Positions 45,480-56,204 of a stretch of DNA of 64,000 nucleotides are shown here, piece by piece; position 1 is the stretch's first letter; every line of letters begins with the position of its first letter. The notes under the pieces are model-generated. The model saw only the letters and a program-made list of their open reading frames with translations. It did not search any database and was not told the DNA's origin. The translations under genes and the position numbers were made by a program. This stretch comes from an uncultured virus (IMG/VR IMGVR_UViG_3300034071_000958) (lineage: Duplodnaviria > Heunggongvirae > Uroviricota > Caudoviricetes): IMG/VR virus record IMGVR_UViG_3300034071_000958, one strand, 5' to 3'.

Positions 45480-47360
45480 ATGGCAGTTTTAAGTTTATCT
45501 GCTGGAACTAGTTCAATCAATAAGATTTCTTCCACGTTTATAAACATGAGAAGAAGTCTTTCTAATACAAGAACAGTAATTAGTGATACTAAAAGAGTTA
45601 TTTTAAATAGAACTAAGATAAAAAGTGAAGCAGTATTCAGAAGTAAAGGTCTCTTTCAAAAAAGACAGGATAATTTAAGAAAGAAAGAAGCAGAAGATCA
45701 ACTTGAAGCATCAAGTCTAGGTTCTATCCTTTCTCCAGGATTTGCTACTGAGAAATCTATCCTCAACAGTGGTAAAGGATTTTTGGGAAGGATTTTATCT
45801 GCGATTGCATATTTGGGAGTGGGATGGTTACTAAGAAACTTACCAACTTGGATTGGAATGGCAAAAGAATTTGTTGCCAGAATTTATAAGGGAGTGGCAA
45901 TTATTAAACAGTTTTTTATGGGTGCAATTGGATTTGTTGGTAATATGTTCAATCTTCTTGGTGCCGTTGCCCAAAACATTATGTCATTTGATTTCTTTGA
46001 CACATCGAATAGAGTAAAAGATACATTTGGACAACTCAATCAAAATCTATCTGATATGTCATCATCAATCGATGACGCATTGAGATTGATGACAACATCT
46101 CTCAATGAAGGGATTGCAAGTGGTCAAAATGCACCACCATTGGGCACTCAGGGAGAATCTCAATTCTCAGAACGCGAATCTCAATTTCCAGGAGCTGGAG
46201 AAACATTATCCACTGAACAATTAGTTGCTGTTGCAAAACAAGCTGGATTTAGTCAACAAAATGCAGTTACTGCAGCAGCAGTTGCAAAAGCAGAGTCTGG
46301 TGGAAGATCTGGTGTAGTAAATGACAATCCAAGGACTCGTGACTTATCTTATGGTTTATGGCAAATTAATATGATTGGGTCCCTTGGCCCAGAAAGATTG
46401 AAAAAATTTGGAATAACATCCTATGAGCAATTAAAAGACCCTCTAACTAATGCAAGGGCAGCATTCATTCTGTCTGGTGGTTCTAATTTTAATCCTTGGA
46501 GTGTTTATAAGTCTGGAAAATATAGGTCATTTTTACCAGAAGCACAAAAAGCAGCAAATGTATCTCCAGCAGCATATGCATCTGGGCAGCAATCTGCAAA
46601 TCTACAACAAGCACCTGCAGTATCAACTGGAACAATGAGTTTAATACCACAAGTTGGACCAGGGGGATTTATTCAGGGTGGATCTGGTAGAGGGGAGGCT
46701 AGTTATGCGACTCACTTCCACTTAGATTATAAAGGAGCAAATCCAACGGCAGAGCAACTTGCAAGTATTCGTGAAGTTGCTTTCCATGCAACAAAAGCAA
46801 TGCTTGCAAGAGGTTCAACTGTATTTTATGGAAATATAAAACAATATGCATCTGGTAGTGATGATAATATCAGAAGATTAATTGCTGCAGAGCAGAGAGC
46901 CCATGGTGGAAGAAGTAGTGCCGCTGTTGATATGCAAGAAATCAATTCTAAAGTAAAACAAACATTCCCATCTCAAGTAGGATCGGCAACTAAGTTTCCT
47001 TTTGCAGTTGGTGCAGTGTATTATCGTGGTGGATATGGTAGAGAAGCAGAAATTATTGGAACGGGGGGAGTTACTGTTTCTCATGGTGCAGCAGGTTCAA
47101 CAGCAAGTTCTGTATCTGGTGTTCCATCAATGGATGTTGCATCTGGAATTACACCAAGTATGTCTCCAGATGTTGTAAGCGTGGTTGATACACGACCACA
47201 AATGGATTTGAGTGGATTAGCACAATTATTGAATTCTGCCGCTGCATCGTTTGGATCTCGTTCTCTTGAACAAGAATCACAAACCACACAAAGCCCACCA
47301 TCAAGTGTGTTAAATAATTTTATCAAACAAAAGTTCTTAACTGATTTAGCGTATCTATAA
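45480..47360 (+). CDS. Tape-measure-like protein with lytic transglycosylase (SLT) domain
   Basis: AVAKAESGG...SYGLWQINM...DPLTNARAA..F.PWSVY. Confidence 0.75.
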   Translation: MAVLSLSAGTSSINKISSTFINMRRSLSNTRTVISDTKRVILNRTKIKSEAVFRSKGLFQKRQDNLRKKEAEDQLEASSLGSILSPGFATEKSILNSGKGFLGRILSAIAYLGVGWLLRNLPTWIGMAKEFVARIYKGVAIIKQFFMGAIGFVGNMFNLLGAVAQNIMSFDFFDTSNRVKDTFGQLNQNLSDMSSSIDDALRLMTTSLNEGIASGQNAPPLGTQGESQFSERESQFPGAGETLSTEQLVAVAKQAGFSQQNAVTAAAVAKAESGGRSGVVNDNPRTRDLSYGLWQINMIGSLGPERLKKFGITSYEQLKDPLTNARAAFILSGGSNFNPWSVYKSGKYRSFLPEAQKAANVSPAAYASGQQSANLQQAPAVSTGTMSLIPQVGPGGFIQGGSGRGEASYATHFHLDYKGANPTAEQLASIREVAFHATKAMLARGSTVFYGNIKQYASGSDDNIRRLIAAEQRAHGGRSSAAVDMQEINSKVKQTFPSQVGSATKFPFAVGAVYYRGGYGREAEIIGTGGVTVSHGAAGSTASSVSGVPSMDVASGITPSMSPDVVSVVDTRPQMDLSGLAQLLNSAAASFGSRSLEQESQTTQSPPSSVLNNFIKQKFLTDLAYL

Positions 47361-48730
47361 TGGCACAAGTAGTAGCACAATCCCCATCCAAGTTTGAAGA
47401 AGCAATTCTAGAATCAAATGATCAGCAAAGAACAGTTGATATCACGCCTTCAATAGTTTCTTTTGACTATTATGAAGATATCTTTTCGCCAACAATCACT
47501 GCGACTTTGAAGATGATTAATACTGGTGATAGCATACCTTCTGCTAACCCTGATGGGAGCACAGATAAGAATCCCCAGTCTGTTTATAATGGTCTTCCTC
47601 TTAGGGGTGGGGAGAGACTTAGATTGAAAATTTCTCCTAACACCGAGTCTAATATTGCCATTGATTTTTCCAAGTCATCAAAAGATTACTTGTATGTCTC
47701 AAGTATTACTGATGTGATTGCAGAATCTCAAAGAGAAGCTTTTACTTTACATCTTACTTCAAGAGAAGCAATCACAAATGAAACAGTAAGAGTAGGAAAA
47801 AAGTTTGCCCCAGACAATAGTATTGATACTTCTGTAAAACAAATTCTTAAAAATATCCTTAAGACTGACAAATTTACTAATGATTCAATAGAGAGGACAA
47901 CAAATAAGTATGGATTTATTGGTAATATGCGTAAGCCATTTACTGTCTTAATCTGGCTAGCATCAAAAGGTGTTCCTGCTACTTCAGGTGATGCTACCGC
48001 TGGATTTGTATTCTATCAAACCAAGGATGGTTTTAATTTCAGGTCAATTGATAATTTGATTAAACAAAAACCAAAAGCAGTTTATCTTTATAGTCAAAGC
48101 ATTGAAACATATGATGAAAAGGGTGACGCTGTAAAGAACGACTTTAAAATCTTGAAATATACTACAGAGAAGAATCAAAACTTAATTGAGAAACTTAAGT
48201 TAGGCACATATTCAAGTTACAGAATATTTTTTAATCCATTAACGTTTGAATTTACAAATCCCCAAAAGGGATTATTTAAGTTAAATGACTATGTTAATAA
48301 GACAAGTAATCTTGGCGAAAAAATAAAACTTCCTAAAATAACTTCTGGTAGTTCAAAAGATCTTGGTGAAACTCCAACTAGAATCTTCACAATGTGTCTT
48401 GATGTTGGTACTCTGAATAAAGAACCATCTAAAGAAGTGAATGCAAGTCCAGAAAAGTATCAATCTCAGTCTATTATGAGGTATAATATACTTTTCACTC
48501 AAACTTTAAGTATGGTTGTTCCTCTGAATACAAATCTAAGTGCAGGGGATGTCATTAAATGCAATTTTCCAAAGATATCTTCTCAAGATGGAAACGAATT
48601 GGACGAGGAAACAAGCGGTCTATATATGATTAAAGAACTGTGTCATCACTTTGATACAGAATCATCTTATACTTCTATGAAATTAGTTAGAGATACATTT
48701 GGTATAAATCCAGAGGCTAATAAGTCATGA
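47360..48730 (+). CDS. Baseplate hub protein (gp27-like)
   Basis: YYEDIFSP, F.FYQTKDGFNFRSIDNL, SGLYMIKELCH.F..T.MKLVRD. Confidence 0.65.
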   Translation: MAQVVAQSPSKFEEAILESNDQQRTVDITPSIVSFDYYEDIFSPTITATLKMINTGDSIPSANPDGSTDKNPQSVYNGLPLRGGERLRLKISPNTESNIAIDFSKSSKDYLYVSSITDVIAESQREAFTLHLTSREAITNETVRVGKKFAPDNSIDTSVKQILKNILKTDKFTNDSIERTTNKYGFIGNMRKPFTVLIWLASKGVPATSGDATAGFVFYQTKDGFNFRSIDNLIKQKPKAVYLYSQSIETYDEKGDAVKNDFKILKYTTEKNQNLIEKLKLGTYSSYRIFFNPLTFEFTNPQKGLFKLNDYVNKTSNLGEKIKLPKITSGSSKDLGETPTRIFTMCLDVGTLNKEPSKEVNASPEKYQSQSIMRYNILFTQTLSMVVPLNTNLSAGDVIKCNFPKISSQDGNELDEETSGLYMIKELCHHFDTESSYTSMKLVRDTFGINPEANKS

Positions 48731-50706
48731 TAGATGAATCATTACTTAAAAGTAATTTTCTAGGTAGAGACGGATTCCGTTGGTGGATTGGTCAGATTCC
48801 CCCTGCTCCTTATCATAGACAAGGTGCTGAAGGTTGGGGTAATAGATACCGTGTTCGTATTATGGGGTATCATCCATTCTATGAATCTGAATTAAAAAAT
48901 GAAGACCTTCCATGGGCTCAAGTTCTGATACCAACCACGTCTGGAAGTGGCGCAGCAAATCAATCTACAGATGTTGCACTTCAACCTAGTGATGTGGTTT
49001 TCGGGTTCTTTATGGATGGTGATAATGCACAAATCCCCGTCATATTAGCAACATTTGGTAAAACATCGGACGTAGTAAGCAAAGATTATAAAGGACCATT
49101 TCAACCATTCACGGGATATACTGAGAATATTCCTAAACCAGATGGAACTCTTGTTCCGAATGAATCAAATGAATCTGGCAATCCTAAATCTCAAGTTTCT
49201 CCTGTTGCTAGAACAGATGATACATCTTCTTCAACTGGAGATGTTTCAGTAAGTTCTGTTATTGGTGACAAAATTGTTATGGCAAATCCCTGTAAGAATA
49301 CTACAGTGGATAAAATAACTGCCAGAATTGAAAACCTACTTAAAAAGATTAGAAAGTTACAGAATAATATACAGAAGAAAAAAGCAAAAATCAAAGAGGC
49401 AATTAATGGAATTCTAAAAGACTGCAACGAAATGATTGGCAATGCGGTCAAATGGTTGGGTGATGAGATGGTCAAATTGATGAAGGCTGGTTTAGACTTT
49501 TTATATAAAGATGTATTTGGAAAAATTTTAGCGATAACTGGCAACCCCGTAGCAGCTCACTTGGGTGGGGTTGCAGCTCAGACTGCAATGGTAAAACCAG
49601 TGAAAGCATTCCAAAAAGCACTAGGGTGTGTTGTTGGAAAAGTAATTGAAGGATTGAAGGGTGTTATTGAGCAGATGGTTAATTCTGCAGTAGATAATAT
49701 TAAAAACTTTGTTTCTTGTGCTGCTAATCAATTTGTTGGAGCACTTTTGAATAATATTGTTGATGGCATTGCTGATGCACTAAGTGCTGCCATTGGTGGA
49801 GTTGCTAAGATTTTAACTGCAGGTCTTAATATTGCCAATTTAATTCGAAGTTCAATTGATGCAATTAAAGGTATTGGTTCTATTTTTGGATGTAATCAAA
49901 ATAAAGACAAATGTACAAATCTTGCAACAACATATGTGATTGGTGGTGGTCCAATGATGTCTGGGGCAGATCCATTTACTCAGATTTCTAATATTATGAA
50001 CACTGCCAATTCTACCTTGCAAGATATGACAGGTAGTTTCACAGATGCTTATGATATCTTTAAATCAACTACAGGTCAAGTTATTGACGCTGTAAGTAAT
50101 CCATTGAGTGCTTTGGGTGGTTGTTATACTGGACCGCCATTAGTTTGTGGTGCTCCTACTATCAATATTTTTGGTGGTGGTGGGACTGGCGCAGCAGCTA
50201 CGCCACTTATGGGAACAATTGTTGGACTTGGCGCAGAAGCAACTGGAAGTTGCATTGGAGTGCAAATCACTAATCCTGGATCGGGATATCAATTCCCACC
50301 ATTTGTTACCATTCAAGATAATTGTAATCAGGGATATGGTGCAGTTGCTAGAGCATTAATTAATGATGCTGGAGAAGTGAGTGCCATTTATCTTGTATCT
50401 GAGGGTGAAAATTATCCTGTTGGTGATATTGCAAATTATGCAGTAACTAATACAGTTATTGATAATCCTGGAACTGGATATCGAGTTGGTGATATAGCAA
50501 CTGATAATTTCGGCACAGAATATGATCTAGTAATTGATAAGGGAGGAATTGTTCAGGCTACTCCGATAAATACCAATATAACTACCGACTTACCAATTAT
50601 AAGAGTTATTAGTGATACAGGATCGGGAGCATTAATACGACCAATCCTGGGCATTCCTGAATATCAAGATGAAGTTAAACAGCAAATAGATTGTATTACG
50701 AAATAA
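48727..50706 (+). CDS. gp5: Baseplate hub/spike protein, gp5 N-terminal OB domain
   Basis: GRDGFRWWIGQI, RYRVRIMGYH, LPWA, VFGFFMDGDNAQIPVI; no lysozyme motif seen. Confidence 0.8.
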   Translation: MIDESLLKSNFLGRDGFRWWIGQIPPAPYHRQGAEGWGNRYRVRIMGYHPFYESELKNEDLPWAQVLIPTTSGSGAANQSTDVALQPSDVVFGFFMDGDNAQIPVILATFGKTSDVVSKDYKGPFQPFTGYTENIPKPDGTLVPNESNESGNPKSQVSPVARTDDTSSSTGDVSVSSVIGDKIVMANPCKNTTVDKITARIENLLKKIRKLQNNIQKKKAKIKEAINGILKDCNEMIGNAVKWLGDEMVKLMKAGLDFLYKDVFGKILAITGNPVAAHLGGVAAQTAMVKPVKAFQKALGCVVGKVIEGLKGVIEQMVNSAVDNIKNFVSCAANQFVGALLNNIVDGIADALSAAIGGVAKILTAGLNIANLIRSSIDAIKGIGSIFGCNQNKDKCTNLATTYVIGGGPMMSGADPFTQISNIMNTANSTLQDMTGSFTDAYDIFKSTTGQVIDAVSNPLSALGGCYTGPPLVCGAPTINIFGGGGTGAAATPLMGTIVGLGAEATGSCIGVQITNPGSGYQFPPFVTIQDNCNQGYGAVARALINDAGEVSAIYLVSEGENYPVGDIANYAVTNTVIDNPGTGYRVGDIATDNFGTEYDLVIDKGGIVQATPINTNITTDLPIIRVISDTGSGALIRPILGIPEYQDEVKQQIDCITK

Positions 50707-50707
50707 C

Positions 50708-51304
50708 ATGGCAGAAAGACCCGCCCAAAAGTGTAACTGGGAAGCAAGAAGACACATTAGTCTTGGACCAAAGTTTAGGATTGACGCAAACAATCCTAGA
50801 ATGGGAAATAAGGGAAATTTAAGTTATCTAATTTACTCTACAACAGATAATAAAGATAAGTCTTCTATTTCCCTTGCACAGGATGGCACGTTTTCAATTT
50901 ATAATGATAGAACGATTGAAATAGTTGGTGGAGATGGTAATGAAAGTTCTAAAGGTCAAGACGTTTTAATTGCATCTAAAACTGGTGAAGTTGTAATTCA
51001 AGCAGATGGAAATGGTGCGGTAAGAATTAAAGCAACAAATATAACTCTTGAAGCAACCGAAGATATTGACATTAAAGCGGGAAGAAACCTAACACTAAAA
51101 TCAGTTGGTGGTCAAACACTGCTTGATGGTAATGAAGTTAATCTGAATGCAAAACAGGGAAATCTTGCTGAAGGATTGAAAATTGATTTTTGTAATCAAG
51201 TCTTCGCTGGTAGTTTCGTTGGGGCAGATGTTTTAGCAGGAATTCTTGGTGGGGCAGCAGTATTTCTTTTTAATGCTGCAAAAGACTCTTTCAATGGAAA
51301 TTGA
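50708..51304 (+). CDS. gp5 C-terminal beta-helix-like spike protein
   Basis: Short repeating beta-strand pattern (IRIKATNITLEATEDIDIKAGRNLTLKS-type) directly after the gp5 N-terminal gene. Confidence 0.55.
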   Translation: MAERPAQKCNWEARRHISLGPKFRIDANNPRMGNKGNLSYLIYSTTDNKDKSSISLAQDGTFSIYNDRTIEIVGGDGNESSKGQDVLIASKTGEVVIQADGNGAVRIKATNITLEATEDIDIKAGRNLTLKSVGGQTLLDGNEVNLNAKQGNLAEGLKIDFCNQVFAGSFVGADVLAGILGGAAVFLFNAAKDSFNGN

Positions 51305-51314
51305 GGTAAAGTAG

Positions 51315-54300
51315 ATGGAAGGAGAAGATTTTTCAATTATTGGAAAACCATCTATCTTTAATGAAGATGTCAAGATGTATAAGGACTTATACGTCTATGG
51401 CAAAATTTATTATGATTTTGAAGCAGGAGCAACAGAAACTTTCGGTGACATTTCAATTACTGGAAATGCATTTTTCTCTGGCATAACAACTTTTGCTGGT
51501 CCTGTTGATATTCAACAAGAACTAGAACAACTTCAAGTTGGAATTCTAACAGTTACTGAAGAATTTTATATTGGAAATAATCCAGGAGATAATGTTTTTA
51601 ATGTTGTAACTTATGGACCCTATGCTGGTTGGGTTGGAATAGGCACAACAGCCCCAACTCAAAATCTAGATATTATTGGTAATGCTAGAATTGATGGAAA
51701 TCTTTATGATGCTTCTAATAGTCCTGGTGTTATTGGTGGATTCTTATCAAAAGATGCTGAAGGAATTAAATGGGTAGAATTTGAACCATCTTTTACTGAA
51801 GGTATCTTTGTTTATAATGAAGGCGTTCTAGTTGGACCATCATCATTCCGTGGATTAAACTTTATCACTAATTCTGGTGGAAGTCTTTTTGAATTGGTAG
51901 AGGGTAAAGTTAATGTAGATAACCCCAATATTGCTGATATTGTTATTAAAGATTTTTGGGAAAAGAGACCTGCTGGACTTAATACTTCAGCATATGTTGG
52001 CATAGGTCTTACCAACCCACAAAATCAATTAGAAGTAACTGGTGATACTAAATTAAATGGTAGATTAACTGTATCTGGAGTTTCTACTTTCTTTGAAAGA
52101 AGTGTATTTTATGATGGATTTGATGTTATAGGTTCTGGATCTACTATCTTAAGTCCATTAAGTGTAGTTGGAGTAGCAACATTTGAACAAATTGTTACAT
52201 TTAAAGATGATGTAACTTTTGAAAAAAATGTTCTTGTAGAAGAAAACTTAGAAATTGATAATCAATTATACGTTGGTGCTGCTGCCACGATGGCAGGTAG
52301 TTTTAGAGTTATTGGAGTCTCGACGTTCCAAAATAATGTTTTTGTTGGAGCTGGAGTATCCATACAAAAATTCTTATTTGTTGGTGCTGGTACAACTTTA
52401 TTTGGAACTTTACAAGTTGGTGCAGCAGCAACTTTACTCAGCACATTGGACGTGCTTCAGTCTGTTGAATTGTTTGATACCTTAGAAGTAACTGGTGCAA
52501 CTAATTTATTAGACACATTAGATGTAACAGGTGCAACAGATCTGCAATCTACTTTAGATGTTGTTGATGCAGTTCAGTTTGATTCAACACTAAATGTAGA
52601 TGATGCAACAACTTTACAGACAACGTTAGGTGTTGGTGCTGGTGGAACAGTATTTACAACAACTGGAATCGGTTCAATTGGTATAGGAACTGCAGATCCA
52701 TCACGCGATGTCGATCTTTTTAGAAAAGACATATACTTCAATCAAGGTGCAATATATGATGCAAATAATCAAGTAGGATTCACATCTGAAAATACAACTG
52801 ATGAATACAGAGTCTTCAGAAGTGTATTAACACAAGTTGGTGTTGGAACTACAGGGCAAGTTATTCCTGCTAGATTCTTTGATGCTGCGAATATGATTCG
52901 CTTGAATCTAGAGTATCTTGCTGGAGAAGCAGTTGGATTCATAACAAGCACTTCATACAAAGACCCCCCATTTTCACTATCAACTTCTAATTATAGTTCT
53001 TGTCGAGATGACATCAAAGATATTCTAAGGTCCATTTGTTTTGACATTACTAGAGGTGGTAATTCTAGATCGGTTGGTGCTGGATTATCATATTATAATG
53101 GCAATACATTAATTCATATCACTGGGACTGATGTGAATGGATATTCAATTAAAGAAGCATCTATTACTGCAATTCAAAAAGCAGCGGAAATTTCTAGATA
53201 TGTCATTAATAATTCCTTGTATCCTCTATCTTATCAGATGGAGCCCATCAATGGAACATATGCCGATGCTTCTCGTTTGATTTTCTTAAACAAAGATTTT
53301 ATTGCGGCAGAAGCAGTTGATAGAGTTTTAAATAATTATCCTCTGTTTAGCATACCAAATAGTAATCAAAGTTGCATTGATGATATCAAGTTAATTTTAG
53401 ATGCTATTGCATATAACTTGTCATATGGTGGTAATGAAAGAGTTTATGACGCAACCAAATACTATATTGATAATGCAGGATTATTAGCAGGTGAGCAAGA
53501 GCAATCAATCTATGCTTATCAACAAGCAAGAGATGTTGCTATTCAGGTAATGAGAAATCAAGTTGTTACCAAAATATCTGGCATAAGAAATACATTTACT
53601 CAGTATATTGATGGTTCCGTATTACCAGATCCAATATCACCAACTTGTGCAAGTCAGGCATCTGCTATTACATCATTTATTGGAATAGTTACAACTGGTA
53701 TTGGAAATACTCAACTACCAGCAACAAGAACCCTTTCTTATACAATACCTTTTCCACAAATCAGGGACTTCTCTCTTCTACCAGATTCTCAAAGAGGTAG
53801 TAATAGTGATCCTGATGGGTGTGCAAACGTTGTTTCTGCAATTAATGTTTGTGCTGGAATCGTTACAACAATTATTGGTGTTGGTCCTGCTGCTTCTCCA
53901 AAAGTTACTTATCCAAATGGTAGAGTCTTTTGGGCTCCTAGAGGTGCAGATTCGAAGAATATTGTATATGTTTCGAAGTATGGTAATGATGAAAATAGCG
54001 GAAGAACCGAGGGTGATGCCAAACTAACCATTGGTGCTGCAGCAGCAGTAGCAAACCCAGGAGATACAATTTATATTCGTTCTGGAGTTTATGCTGAGAA
54101 CAATCCTATTGGTCTTAGAACAGATGTAAGTGTTAGTGGGCAGGATTTACGTCTTGTTACCATCTATCCACAACATGATGATGATGTTTTCTATGTAAGA
54201 AGAGGATGTTTAATTGAGAACATCAACTTTGCTTATGCTCCAGATCCTTTTGATGATAATGCTCCATTGACAATTAGAGGTGCTGCTGTAGCATTCCCAC

Positions 54301-55538
54301 CACCAGCAGGTATTGCAAGTGCAAGGTCTGGATTCTTAGATCCAGGACCATGTAACGAAGGTCCAAGCGGAAGATGGAGGTCCCCATATATCCGTAACTG
54401 CACTAACTTCATGACCGATAGTATTGGCATGAAGATTGATGGGAAGCATGTTGGTGCAGCATTTACTGGAGTCAATAATCCAGGACAAGACCTCAAGTGT
54501 ATGGTTTGTGACTCCTTTACGCAATATAATGAAAATGGTATTGGAGTTTCAATCACTAATAATGGATATGCACAGTTGGTTTCCATCTTTACAATTAACT
54601 GTAAGATTGCAATTTATGCAGCAAGTGGCGGTGCATGTGACCTTACAAACTCTAACTCATCATTTGGTATATACGGACTTTATGCGGATGGTGTCGGTTC
54701 ATTAGATTTCGTTGGAGTTACAACAGTATCAACAATTGGTGGAGATACTGACCAATTTGTAGTCGCTGGTATTGCTGATACCTTAGGAAATACTAGAAGA
54801 CCATATAATGGACAAGCAATTTTCTTCAAGATTAATCTTGATGATTATAACGATACCCCTGCAACTGGAATTATTACTGCGCCATTAAGAACACTTTCTC
54901 GAATTGGTATTCTCAATGGAGGAAGTGGATACACTCCAGCTTCTCCACCAGCTATTACGATTTCTTCGCCTCTTGGTCCAGAAGGAATTACTGCTGAAGG
55001 TAGTGCAAACGTAAGTGCTGCAGGTACAATAACTTCAATTGATGTTACAAACAGTGGTAGAAATTATCTACCAAATCAAGAAATTGTAATTACAATTGGT
55101 GGTGGAGGAGGAGCAATTGCAACTGCAATTAGTGAACCAATTTTCTATGATGTTGCCGAAGCAACAGAACCAATACCAGTTAGTGGGATTACAACAATTA
55201 CTTTGAGTCAGTTTGTTCCCTACAGTATTGGTGCTGGCACTTCAATTGAAACTTTTAGAATTAGCAGAATTTTAACAAGTACTCACTCATTTGAATATAT
55301 TGGTACAGGTGTTAACATAAATAGAGCGAACCCATTCCAAGGTGGAATTCCAATACCTGAGAATGAAATCGTAGCTATTAATGGTGCAAGAATACCATTT
55401 ACGAGTACTGACCAGGCAGGAAACTTTAAAATTGGTGAAGGAATCACAATTGACCAAACAACATCAACAATTAGAGGTCGAGATTTTAGTAGAGCAATTC
55501 AAGCAGAAGTTACCCCACTCATTCTAGCGTTAAGATAA
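51315..55538 (+). CDS. Large virion structural protein, paralog of 8988-11519 with fibre-like N-terminal extension
   Basis: Shared RFFDAA.MIR.N, DITRGGNS, SPYIRNCTNF, DSFTQYN, HSFEYIG and C-terminal VTPLILAL; 12-aa TLDVTGAT repeats. Confidence 0.75.
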   Translation: MEGEDFSIIGKPSIFNEDVKMYKDLYVYGKIYYDFEAGATETFGDISITGNAFFSGITTFAGPVDIQQELEQLQVGILTVTEEFYIGNNPGDNVFNVVTYGPYAGWVGIGTTAPTQNLDIIGNARIDGNLYDASNSPGVIGGFLSKDAEGIKWVEFEPSFTEGIFVYNEGVLVGPSSFRGLNFITNSGGSLFELVEGKVNVDNPNIADIVIKDFWEKRPAGLNTSAYVGIGLTNPQNQLEVTGDTKLNGRLTVSGVSTFFERSVFYDGFDVIGSGSTILSPLSVVGVATFEQIVTFKDDVTFEKNVLVEENLEIDNQLYVGAAATMAGSFRVIGVSTFQNNVFVGAGVSIQKFLFVGAGTTLFGTLQVGAAATLLSTLDVLQSVELFDTLEVTGATNLLDTLDVTGATDLQSTLDVVDAVQFDSTLNVDDATTLQTTLGVGAGGTVFTTTGIGSIGIGTADPSRDVDLFRKDIYFNQGAIYDANNQVGFTSENTTDEYRVFRSVLTQVGVGTTGQVIPARFFDAANMIRLNLEYLAGEAVGFITSTSYKDPPFSLSTSNYSSCRDDIKDILRSICFDITRGGNSRSVGAGLSYYNGNTLIHITGTDVNGYSIKEASITAIQKAAEISRYVINNSLYPLSYQMEPINGTYADASRLIFLNKDFIAAEAVDRVLNNYPLFSIPNSNQSCIDDIKLILDAIAYNLSYGGNERVYDATKYYIDNAGLLAGEQEQSIYAYQQARDVAIQVMRNQVVTKISGIRNTFTQYIDGSVLPDPISPTCASQASAITSFIGIVTTGIGNTQLPATRTLSYTIPFPQIRDFSLLPDSQRGSNSDPDGCANVVSAINVCAGIVTTIIGVGPAASPKVTYPNGRVFWAPRGADSKNIVYVSKYGNDENSGRTEGDAKLTIGAAAAVANPGDTIYIRSGVYAENNPIGLRTDVSVSGQDLRLVTIYPQHDDDVFYVRRGCLIENINFAYAPDPFDDNAPLTIRGAAVAFPPPAGIASARSGFLDPGPCNEGPSGRWRSPYIRNCTNFMTDSIGMKIDGKHVGAAFTGVNNPGQDLKCMVCDSFTQYNENGIGVSITNNGYAQLVSIFTINCKIAIYAASGGACDLTNSNSSFGIYGLYADGVGSLDFVGVTTVSTIGGDTDQFVVAGIADTLGNTRRPYNGQAIFFKINLDDYNDTPATGIITAPLRTLSRIGILNGGSGYTPASPPAITISSPLGPEGITAEGSANVSAAGTITSIDVTNSGRNYLPNQEIVITIGGGGGAIATAISEPIFYDVAEATEPIPVSGITTITLSQFVPYSIGAGTSIETFRISRILTSTHSFEYIGTGVNINRANPFQGGIPIPENEIVAINGARIPFTSTDQAGNFKIGEGITIDQTTSTIRGRDFSRAIQAEVTPLILALR

Positions 55539-55539
55539 T

Positions 55540-56202
55540 ATGGCAGTCGCACCAGTCAATAAGTTTTTAACAGTTGCAGTTCCTGTTGCTCCAGGGACTC
55601 AAAAGTTATATGAAGTTCCAACTGGAGTTTCTTCCATTCTTTTGTTTGCTCAAGTTTCGAATGTTGGTATTGGTGCAACATATCCAACCGTAACTTTCTG
55701 GCATCGTCGAGAATCAAGAAGCACAGGTAACACGAGAGATATTCGTATCATTAAAGATATTCAAATTCCTCCAAATGATGCAGTTGTTTTGGTTGATGGT
55801 CGTCTAGTTTTAGAAAAAGACGCAATTAAACTAGATTCACTTTACATTAATGCAGTTCAAACTGGAATTGTAACAATTACAAATGTTCAGTACTACGAAC
55901 CTACAGGAGTTGCAACGGTTACTACACTAACTCCTCATGGGTTCTCTCCAAATGACCCAATTACCATGTCAGGTATTGCTATGACATGCCCTTCAGGGTC
56001 TGGAATCACTACAACAATTTTCCCATCCCCCCAATCATCATTTGTCGTTGATAGTATTGTGAATAGTGTTGGTACTTCTAGAACATTTACCACTACAGTA
56101 GGAAGTGCTAATGGAATCGTACATACATATGTTAGTGGTGGATTGGTTGCCCCACTTCAAATGGAATTTATTGCAAGTATCCTAGAGAATAGTACATCAT
56201 AA
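55540..56202 (+). CDS. Structural protein, paralog of 11524-11865
   Basis: LYEVPTGVSSILLFAQVSN..KDIQIPPND..GRLVLE..SILENS. Confidence 0.7.
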   Translation: MAVAPVNKFLTVAVPVAPGTQKLYEVPTGVSSILLFAQVSNVGIGATYPTVTFWHRRESRSTGNTRDIRIIKDIQIPPNDAVVLVDGRLVLEKDAIKLDSLYINAVQTGIVTITNVQYYEPTGVATVTTLTPHGFSPNDPITMSGIAMTCPSGSGITTTIFPSPQSSFVVDSIVNSVGTSRTFTTTVGSANGIVHTYVSGGLVAPLQMEFIASILENSTS

Positions 56203-56204
56203 TT

